This document shows, piece by piece, positions 20,796-27,592 of a stretch of 32,000 nt of DNA; within the stretch, counting starts at the first letter, position 1; every line of letters starts with the position of its first letter. The DNA is from Mycolicibacterium smegmatis. GTDB lineage: Bacteria; Actinomycetota; Actinomycetes; Mycobacteriales; Mycobacteriaceae. The stretch is taken from NCBI RefSeq assembly GCF_001457595.1, contig NZ_LN831039.1, positions 2,820,001 to 2,852,000 of the forward strand, read 5' to 3'. Under the pieces are notes generated by a model. It saw only the letters and a program-made list of their open reading frames with translations. It ran no database searches and was not told where the DNA came from. The position numbers were made by a program, and so were the translations under genes.

Positions 20796-20990
20796 GTGCG
20801 TTTGACGGAATTCCATGAGCTCGTGGACGGCCAGTTCGGGACCATCCGCGGGCGGTCGCTGCTGGTCGACCATGTGCTGACCGAGCTGGGTGGACGCACG
20901 GCCGCCGACGCCATCGAGGACGGTGTGGACCCCCGCCAGGTGTGGCGGGCGCTGTGCGCCGATTTCGACGTGCCGCGCGATCAGTGGTGA
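20796..20990 (+). CDS. DUF3046 protein (Rv2738c-type)
   Basis: RLTEFHELVDGQFGTIRGRSLLVDHVLTELGGRTAADAIEDGVDPRQVWRALCADFDVPRDQW, 64 aa. Confidence 0.88.
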   Translation: MRLTEFHELVDGQFGTIRGRSLLVDHVLTELGGRTAADAIEDGVDPRQVWRALCADFDVPRDQW

Positions 20991-21033
20991 TCAGGGGAGT
21001 TTTCCGATCCCGTGGCGGCGTAGACTTTCACGC

Positions 21034-21237
21034 ATGGGGTTGGGTGATCATCCCCAACGGACACCGCTCTACGGTGTGCTGCTGGTGGTCGCTGCCGTCC
21101 TGCTGTGCTGGCTGACCGCGTCGGCCTTCACCGGATGGCAGATGGTTGTCGGATACCTCCTGGCTGTTGCGATCGGCGTGTTCGGGTTCGTCATGACGCT
21201 GCGGGATTACGACCGTTTCCCGCACTGGCGGCAGTGA
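21034..21237 (+). CDS. Small two-TM membrane protein, function unknown
   Basis: MGLGDHPQRTPLYGVLLVVAAVLLCWLTASAFTGWQMVVGYLLAVAIGVFGFVMTLRDYDRFPHWRQ. Confidence 0.65.
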   Translation: MGLGDHPQRTPLYGVLLVVAAVLLCWLTASAFTGWQMVVGYLLAVAIGVFGFVMTLRDYDRFPHWRQ

Positions 21238-21249
21238 TCTGACCCGTCC

Positions 21250-22374
21250 TCAACGACGCAGCAACAACTGGGCGGTGTCGCGATGAAGCCTGCCGAAGTT
21301 GTAGTACGCGGCGCACGCACCCTCGGGTGAGACCATGCACGTGCCGATCGGCGTCTCGGGCGTACACGCCGTCCCGAAGACCTTGCACTCCCACGGTTTG
21401 ATGACGCCCTTGAGCACCTCGCCGCACTGACACGCCTTGGGATCGGCGACCCGCACGCCGGGCATGTCGAAGATCAACTCGGCGTCGTAGCCGGCGTAGT
21501 CGGGGTGGATCTTCAGCGCGCTCTGAGAGATGAAACCCAGTCCGCGCCACTCGAAATGCGGCCGCAGTTCGAACGTCTCGGCCATCAGCTTGAGTGCGGC
21601 CACGTTGCCCTCGGGCCGTACCACACGCGTGTACTGGTTCTCCACCTCGCAGCGCCCGTCACGGATCTGCTGCAGCAGCATGTGCACCGAGGCCAAGATG
21701 TCCAGCGGTTCGAAACCCGCCACCACGATCGGTTTCCCGTAGACGCCGGGCACGAACCGGTACGGGCGCAGACCCACCACGGTCGAGACGTGCCCCGGGC
21801 CCAGGAACCCCGACAGCCGCAGATCGGGTGATTCCAGGATCGCCTTGATGGGCGGGACGATCGTGACATGGTTGCAGAACACGCTGAAGTTGCGCACGCC
21901 GAGTGCGCGGGCCCGCACCAGCGTGACCGCGGTCGACGGGGCCGTGGTCTCGAAACCGACCGCGAAGAACACGACATGCCGCTCGGGGTTGTCGCGCGCG
22001 ATCTTGAGCGCGTCGAGTGGGGAGTACACGAACCGCACATCGGCCCCACGTGCCTTGGCCTCGATGAGGTTTCCCGCCGAACCGGGAACGCGCATCATGT
22101 CGCCGAACGTCGTGAAGATGACGCCCGGTTGCTCGGCCAGCCACATCGCGTCGTCGACCCGGCCCATCGGGATCACGCACACCGGGCACCCCGGGCCGTG
22201 GACGAGCTCGATGGATTCGGGCAGCAGGTGTTCGATGCCGTGGCGGTAGATGGTGTGGGTGTGGCCCCCGCACACCTCCATGAACTTGAACTCGTCGCCT
22301 GCCGCGAGTTCGGTGATCGACCGGACCAGGGCACGCGCGGCCGCCGGATCACGGTATTCGTCGACGAATTTCAT
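21250..22374 (-). CDS. hypD: [NiFe]-hydrogenase maturation protein HypD
   Basis: MKFVDEYRDP, FMEVCGGHTHTIYRHG, HGPGCPVCV, VGFETTAPSTA, CNHVTIVPP. Confidence 0.97.
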   Translation of the reverse strand: MKFVDEYRDPAAARALVRSITELAAGDEFKFMEVCGGHTHTIYRHGIEHLLPESIELVHGPGCPVCVIPMGRVDDAMWLAEQPGVIFTTFGDMMRVPGSAGNLIEAKARGADVRFVYSPLDALKIARDNPERHVVFFAVGFETTAPSTAVTLVRARALGVRNFSVFCNHVTIVPPIKAILESPDLRLSGFLGPGHVSTVVGLRPYRFVPGVYGKPIVVAGFEPLDILASVHMLLQQIRDGRCEVENQYTRVVRPEGNVAALKLMAETFELRPHFEWRGLGFISQSALKIHPDYAGYDAELIFDMPGVRVADPKACQCGEVLKGVIKPWECKVFGTACTPETPIGTCMVSPEGACAAYYNFGRLHRDTAQLLLRR

Positions 22375-22414
22375 GCGGCACCTTCTTTTTCGGATCTCCG
22401 GGCTCTGCCGGCTC

Positions 22415-22699
22415 TCAGGCGATTTCCGACGACGTGAACGCGTCGATCTCGTTGGTGTAGTCGGCGCCCATCTTCTGCACCTGATCGAGGGTGAGTTGCG
22501 CTTCGCGCTCGTCGATCTTGGCCATCGCGAACCCGACGTGCACCAGCACCCAGTCACCGACCCGCAGGATGTCCTCTGGATTGTCGGTGGCCAGCAGGCG
22601 CACGCTGATCACGCGGCGCACGCCGTTGACGTCGACCTTGGCGAGATGGGCCTCGGTGTCGACGATGTCGACCACCTGACCGGGTATGCCGAGACACAT
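22415..22699 (-). CDS. hypC: Hydrogenase maturation chaperone HypC (copy 1)
   Basis: MCLGIPGQVVDIVD...VGDWVLVHVGFAMAKIDE. Confidence 0.95.
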   Translation of the reverse strand: MCLGIPGQVVDIVDTEAHLAKVDVNGVRRVISVRLLATDNPEDILRVGDWVLVHVGFAMAKIDEREAQLTLDQVQKMGADYTNEIDAFTSSEIA

Positions 22700-22740
22700 G
22701 GGTGGCTCCTTAAGTTCGTAGTTGCAGTTTCTTCGTGTTG

Positions 22741-22952
22741 TTGAGGCAGTTACGTTGGGCTGTGACCCGGGTGGGTCGGGTGTGGCTGTGGTGTGTGTTG
22801 CCGGCCCCTTGGTGCGGCTTGAAAGGACTGGCCGCCCGGCCTGCCTGGACTTCTCTGGCCGCTGATTGAGATCTGCGATGTGATCGCTTGTTTAAGGAAA
22901 TGCTGGCGGGGTTGTCCTTGGGGATCATGTTGGCAGACAAGCGAAAAGAGGT
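22741..22952 (+). ncRNA. Possible bridge-RNA-encoding region of the IS110 element
   Basis: Noncoding region of the right length and position (5' side of the recombinase in IS110-group elements), with short inverted repeats GGCCGCCCGGCC and GCGAT-GTG-ATCGC and blocks shared with the right end. Not folded. Confidence 0.4.
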
Positions 22953-24161
22953 GTGATGGCGGCGGGCCAGGTGTGGGCTGGAGTGGATGTCGGTAAAGAG
23001 CATCACTGGGTATGTGTGGTCGACGACAGCGGGAAGGTGGTGTTGTCGCGCCGGTTGGTTAACGATGAGCAACCGATCCGAGAGCTCGTGGCTGAAATCG
23101 ACGAGCTGGCCGAGCGAGTGTTGTGGGCGGTGGACCTGACCACGGTGTATGCCGCCCTGTTGTTGACGGTGCTGGCCGACGCTGGCAAAACGGTCCGGTA
23201 CCTGGCCGGCCGGGCGGTGTGGCAGGCCTCGGCGACCTACCGCGGTGGGGAGGCCAAAACCGACGCCAAAGATGCACGGGTGATCGCCGACCAGTCGCGG
23301 ATGCGCGGGCAGGACTTGCCCGTTCTGCATCCCAATGATGACTTGATCAGCGAGTTGCGGATGCTCACCGGCCATCGCGCCGACCTCGTGGCCGACCGCA
23401 CCCGCACAATAAACCGGCTGCGCCAACAACTCGTCGCGGTCTGCCCGGCCCTGGAACGAGCCGCCCAACTGAGCCAAGACCGTGGCTGGGTGGTATTGCT
23501 GGCGCGCTACCAGCGTCCCAAAGCGATTCGGCAAAGCGGTGTTTCGCGGCTGACCAAAGTCTTGACCGATGCCGGTGTGCGCAACGCCGCCTCGATCGCG
23601 GGGGCTGCGGTGGCCGCGGTGAAAACCCAGACGGTGCGTCTGCCCGGCGAAGAGGTGGCCGCCGGGTTGGTCGCTGATCTGGCACGGGAGGTGATTGCCC
23701 TCGATGACCGCATCAAGACCACCGACGCCGACATCGAGGGCCGATTTCGCCGCCATCCACTCGCCGAGGTGATCACCAGTATGCCCGGCATGGGATTTCG
23801 ACTCGGCGCCGAACTCCTCGCTGCCGTCGGTGATCCCGCACTGATCGGATCGGCTGACCAACTCGCGGCCTGGGCCGGCCTGGCACCAGTGTCTCGAGAC
23901 TCCGGAAAGCGCACCGGACGACTGCACACCCCCAAGCGCTACAGTCGCCGACTGCGCCGAGTCATGTACATGTCGGCGTTGACCGCGATCCGCTGCGACC
24001 CAGATTCCAAGGCCTACTACCAGCGCAAACGAGACGAAGGAAAGCGGCCGATCCCCGCCACCATCTGCCTGGCACGACGGCGCACCAACGTTCTCTACGC
24101 CCTCATCCGCGACAACCGGACCTGGCAACCTGAATCACCCCCAAACATCGCGGCGGCTTGA
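22953..24161 (+). CDS. IS110-family transposase (DEDD recombinase)
   Basis: VWAGVDVGKEHHWVCVVDDSG...GGEAKTDAKDARVIADQSRM...ITSMPGMGFRLGAELLAAVG...AAWAGLAPVSRDSGKRTG; 402 aa, no internal stops. Confidence 0.93.
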   Translation: MMAAGQVWAGVDVGKEHHWVCVVDDSGKVVLSRRLVNDEQPIRELVAEIDELAERVLWAVDLTTVYAALLLTVLADAGKTVRYLAGRAVWQASATYRGGEAKTDAKDARVIADQSRMRGQDLPVLHPNDDLISELRMLTGHRADLVADRTRTINRLRQQLVAVCPALERAAQLSQDRGWVVLLARYQRPKAIRQSGVSRLTKVLTDAGVRNAASIAGAAVAAVKTQTVRLPGEEVAAGLVADLAREVIALDDRIKTTDADIEGRFRRHPLAEVITSMPGMGFRLGAELLAAVGDPALIGSADQLAAWAGLAPVSRDSGKRTGRLHTPKRYSRRLRRVMYMSALTAIRCDPDSKAYYQRKRDEGKRPIPATICLARRRTNVLYALIRDNRTWQPESPPNIAAA

Positions 24162-24187
24162 CTTCTTCATTGAGAGTCCTTTCGGGC

Positions 24188-25261
24188 TCAGCAGATGCGG
24201 GGCAGCGGATCGCCGACCAGCATGTCGACGATGCGGCTACCGCCGAACGACGTTCGCAGCGCGACGATTCCGGCAGGCTCGGACGTGATCTCCCCGACGA
24301 TCGCGGCATTGGCACCCTGTGGGTGCGCGCGCAGCGCGGCCACCGCGGCAGCGGCCTCGTCGTGCGGCACGACGGCGAGGAACTTGCCCTCGTTGGCGAC
24401 GTAGAGCGGGTCGATGCCCAGCATGTCGCACGCACCGAGCACCTGGGGTGCGACCGGGAGGCGCTGTTCGTCGAGGATCACCGCGTACGGCGCATCCTTG
24501 GCCAGTTCGTTGCACACGGTTCCGACGCCGCCGCGCGTCGCGTCGCGCATCCACCGTGTCGATGGTGCTGCGGCCAACAGGATCTCGACGATGTCGTGAA
24601 CCGGCGCGGTGTCGGATTCGATGTCGGCGTCGATCGCGAGGTCGCCGCGGGCCAGCATGACGGCCATACCGTGTTCGCCGATCGTCCCCGAGAGCACGAC
24701 CTGATCGCCCGGGCGGACGTCGGCGCGTGACAGCCGCCGTCCCGCGGGCACCACTCCCACACCGGCCGTGCAGATGTAGAGCCCGTCGGCCGCGCCTTTA
24801 CCGACCACTTTCGTGTCGCCGGTGACGATGTGGACACCGGCCCGGGCCGCGGCCTCGCTCATGTCGGCGACGATCTCGCGCAGTTCGGCGATCGGGAATC
24901 CCTCCTCGATGACGAAACCCGCCGACAGCCACTGCGGGCGCGCGCCCGACACCGCGAGGTCGTTGATGGTGCCGTGCACCGCGACGTGCCCGATCGATCC
25001 GCCCGGGAACCGGTGTGGGGCAACGACGTACGAGTCCGTGGTGAACGCCAGGGTGTCACCGGACGGGGTCCGTACGAGCGCGGCGTCACCGAGTTGTTCG
25101 AGCTCAGGGTTGCGGAATGCCTCCAGGAACACCGCGTCGACGAGTGCGGCCGACGACTTGCCGCCCGCACCGTGCGCCAGGGTCACCACGTCGTCGAGCA
25201 GGCGTGGACGGCGCTGCCGGAACTGGTCGATGCGCTCGAGCACCTGGTTCTCGGTTCTCAT
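24188..25261 (-). CDS. hypE: Hydrogenase maturation (carbamoyl dehydratase) protein HypE
   Basis: LAHGAGGKSSAALVDAVF...GDAALV...GVGTVCNELA, C-terminal PRIC cysteine; start at MRTENQVLER within the longer frame 24188..25624. Confidence 0.96.
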   Translation of the reverse strand: MRTENQVLERIDQFRQRRPRLLDDVVTLAHGAGGKSSAALVDAVFLEAFRNPELEQLGDAALVRTPSGDTLAFTTDSYVVAPHRFPGGSIGHVAVHGTINDLAVSGARPQWLSAGFVIEEGFPIAELREIVADMSEAAARAGVHIVTGDTKVVGKGAADGLYICTAGVGVVPAGRRLSRADVRPGDQVVLSGTIGEHGMAVMLARGDLAIDADIESDTAPVHDIVEILLAAAPSTRWMRDATRGGVGTVCNELAKDAPYAVILDEQRLPVAPQVLGACDMLGIDPLYVANEGKFLAVVPHDEAAAAVAALRAHPQGANAAIVGEITSEPAGIVALRTSFGGSRIVDMLVGDPLPRIC

Positions 25262-25941
25262 GATGCGCCCGCCCGTGCGGCCGCCATGTGCTCCTGGGCC
25301 ACGCTCCAGAGCCGGTAGCCGAGCATGGCGTGCGACTCCTGGATGCGGTGAATGCTCTGGCTGTGCACCGTGAAACAGAAATCCAGGTCGTCGGTCGCTG
25401 CCATGCGCCCGCCGTCGTGCCCGGCGAAGCCGATGGTCAGCAGGCCCCGCTGCTTGGCTTCGCCGATCGCGGTCATCAGATCCTCGGAGTTGCCCGAGGT
25501 CGACAGCGCGACGGCGATGTCGCGGTCGCGGGCATGGGCGATGATCTGCCGCTTGAAGATCAACTCGAAACCCACGTCGTTGCCCAGCGCGGTCACCACG
25601 GCCTCGTCGGCGGCCAGGGACCACGCCGCGACGGGGCGGCCACGCGCGGGTCTGCTGAACAACGATGCCAGCGTCGCTGCGTCGGTCGAACTCCCACCAT
25701 TGCCCAGCGTGTACAACCGGCCGCCGCGCAGGAACCGCTCGGCCATCTGCGCGCCGGCCGCCCGCAGCGCGTCGTCGTACTCGTGCAGCGATTCCTGTTG
25801 CAATCTGGCACTTTCAGCAGCCTTGCTGCGTGCGGATGCGGCGAGATCGCCGAGCAGTGCGCCGACGTCGCTCTCCTCGGATTCGATGAAGGGGTAGAGG
25901 AATCCCGTGGTGTCGGGGTTGCCGGTGCTCCCTGTCGTCAT
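25258..25941 (-). CDS. SIS-domain protein, sedoheptulose-7-phosphate isomerase (GmhA)-like
   Basis: GRLYTLGNGGSSTDAATLASLFSRPARGRPVAAWSL...DIAVALSTSGNSEDLMTAIGEAKQRGLLTIGFAGHDGGRMA. Confidence 0.85.
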   Translation of the reverse strand: MTTGSTGNPDTTGFLYPFIESEESDVGALLGDLAASARSKAAESARLQQESLHEYDDALRAAGAQMAERFLRGGRLYTLGNGGSSTDAATLASLFSRPARGRPVAAWSLAADEAVVTALGNDVGFELIFKRQIIAHARDRDIAVALSTSGNSEDLMTAIGEAKQRGLLTIGFAGHDGGRMAATDDLDFCFTVHSQSIHRIQESHAMLGYRLWSVAQEHMAAARAGAS

Positions 25942-26675
25942 GGCGTCACCTCATCTTCTGCCGCGGTCACCGCCGCGATGGCCACGCCGCCGTGCACCAG
26001 CAGCAGGTCGTCGACGTCGACCGCGCCGAGCATCGCGGTGTCGACCCACTCCTCGCCGCGCGCGGTGCGTACCAGGGCCTCACGGCCCGCACCGGCGGGT
26101 GGCAGGATCACCTCGGCGAGGCGGCCCTCGTCACTGCACGTGACGCACGTCTGAGTGTCATCGGCAGGCGTCGTCAGCAGCCCCGGATGTTCGAAGCACA
26201 CGTGCGTCAGTTCCCACAGCAGGTGGTACATCAGCACGAACCGCCCGGTGGCGGGCACCATCGGATCGTCGGAGTCGACCCACAGGATGTGGTGCGCGGC
26301 CCCGGCGGGCGGGCGCGGTCCCGAACCGATCCACAACGTCGTGACGCCCCACGCGTCGGCGCGGCGCATCGCGTCGGTCACGGCCGCGTCGTCGGCCGCG
26401 GCGACGGCCAGCAGCAGGTCACCCGGTTGGCTCGCGACCCGGGCCTGGGCGACCGGATCGGACTCGACCAGCGCCACCGACGGGAGCGCCCGCTTGCCCA
26501 TGATCACGGGGTGGACGAACTCGACCGCGACATGGTGGGCGTGCGGTTCCCACTGCGGTGCGATCACCCACAGCGTGGCGCCGTCGTGGAACTTGCGCGC
26601 GACGTCGAGGGCCGCGGTCGCGAGGTCGGCCGACAGGTCGGTGCCGACGAATGTCGGTGCGGGGATGGTGGTCAT
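25938..26675 (-). CDS. Two-domain protein: degenerate SIS-like N-terminus plus HypC/HupF-like C-terminus
   Basis: N-terminal DLATAALDVARKFHDGATLWVIA... SIS-like layout; C-terminal TCVTCSDEGRLAEVILPP...ALVRTARGEEWVDTAMLGAVDVDDLLLVHGGVAIA resembles HupF/HypC. Confidence 0.75.
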   Translation of the reverse strand: MTTIPAPTFVGTDLSADLATAALDVARKFHDGATLWVIAPQWEPHAHHVAVEFVHPVIMGKRALPSVALVESDPVAQARVASQPGDLLLAVAAADDAAVTDAMRRADAWGVTTLWIGSGPRPPAGAAHHILWVDSDDPMVPATGRFVLMYHLLWELTHVCFEHPGLLTTPADDTQTCVTCSDEGRLAEVILPPAGAGREALVRTARGEEWVDTAMLGAVDVDDLLLVHGGVAIAAVTAAEDEVTP

Positions 26676-26863
26676 GGGGTCTGGTCATCTCCTTCGGCGC
26701 CCCCTTCGGCACCGTGATCGGGCACGCTCTCGTCGCCCCGATAGGTGCCCGACGGCCGGTCGGTGGGGCCGCCCGACGGCTCATCGGATCCGGTGTCGCG
26801 TGAACCCGGCGCACCGCGCTCTTCCTGTGGTTCCTCGGACAGATGTCCGCCCGGAGTGGTCAT
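26672..26863 (-). CDS. 63-aa hydrophilic, probably disordered, uncharacterised protein
   Basis: MTTPGGHLSEEPQEERGAPGSRDTGSDEPSGGPTDRPSGTYRGDESVPDHGAEGGAEGDDQTP; 4-bp overlaps with both neighbours. Confidence 0.6.
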   Translation of the reverse strand: MTTPGGHLSEEPQEERGAPGSRDTGSDEPSGGPTDRPSGTYRGDESVPDHGAEGGAEGDDQTP

Positions 26864-27588
26864 GCTTCCTCCTTCACCTCGCGCAACGCGTTGACGACGC
26901 CGAGCGTGGTCAGGGTCGATTCGGTCAACGCGGTGACGTCGTGGGGGGACAGGGTGTCGCACACCCAGTCCCAATGTGCCGAGACGGTGTCGCCGGGGCG
27001 GGGCGCCGCGATGAGCGACGCGCCGCCGCGGCTCCATCGGACGTATTCGGCTACGGCGCTGTCGAGTTCGATGCGCCGGCCGTTGCGAACCAGGGGACGG
27101 GATTCGAGTTTCACGTGCTCGCCTTCGACCTCGACGACCGTGCCCCACCGGATCCGGCAGTTCTGCAACACGTGCAGTGCGGGTTCGGGATTGCGGTCGA
27201 GGAACCGGATCCACGGATACACCACGAACACGTGGAAACTGTGGTGTGCCAGAACCGACTTCGACACCGGGACGTCTTCGAGGAGCCCCATGACCTGACC
27301 CGCGAAAGCCGTGCGGAGATCGGCAACGAGGTCCGCCGGGTCGACGCGGTTCAGCACGGGCCCGCCGACCCAGTAGCCGGCCACGACGTCTTCGGCCAAC
27401 GGTTCAGCGCCGATCGCGTGCGCGATCGCACGCAGGTAGGGCCAGGCGCCGTCGAACTCGGGTGCGTGGAAGGCCAGTTCGGCGGGCTCGGCTGCTCCGT
27501 CCGGACCGCAGTAGCCGAGCTCGTTGGGCGGGAAGGCGTACCGGGTGAACAGCTCGTACCCGGCCGGCAGCGGGGAATGGACGACCAT
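26860..27588 (-). CDS. DUF6390-like conserved protein of hydrogenase clusters
   Basis: LFTRYAFPPNELGYCGPDGAAEPAELAFHAPEFDGAWPYLRAIAHAIG...WVGGPVLNRV...CRIRWGTVVEVEGEHVKLESRPL. Confidence 0.78.
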   Translation of the reverse strand: MVVHSPLPAGYELFTRYAFPPNELGYCGPDGAAEPAELAFHAPEFDGAWPYLRAIAHAIGAEPLAEDVVAGYWVGGPVLNRVDPADLVADLRTAFAGQVMGLLEDVPVSKSVLAHHSFHVFVVYPWIRFLDRNPEPALHVLQNCRIRWGTVVEVEGEHVKLESRPLVRNGRRIELDSAVAEYVRWSRGGASLIAAPRPGDTVSAHWDWVCDTLSPHDVTALTESTLTTLGVVNALREVKEEA

Positions 27589-27592
27589 CGCG

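Larger units (their letters stand above)
22715..24187 (+). mobile_element. IS110-family insertion sequence; boundaries approximate
   Basis: Apparently intact IS110 transposase with about 240 nt of noncoding sequence on its 5' side, lying exactly between hypC and hypE. Confidence 0.8.

Noticed and set aside
19563-20873. 436-aa minus-strand ORF opposite the glycosyltransferase
   Set aside because: Shadow ORF; plus strand carries clear glycosyltransferase motifs.
22710-24128. 472-aa minus-strand ORF opposite the IS110 transposase
   Set aside because: Antisense frame of an intact transposase, no motif support.
24188-25624. Treating the full 478-aa frame as HypE
   Set aside because: The first roughly 120 residues overlap the SIS gene out of frame; HypE homology begins at MRTENQVLER (25261).
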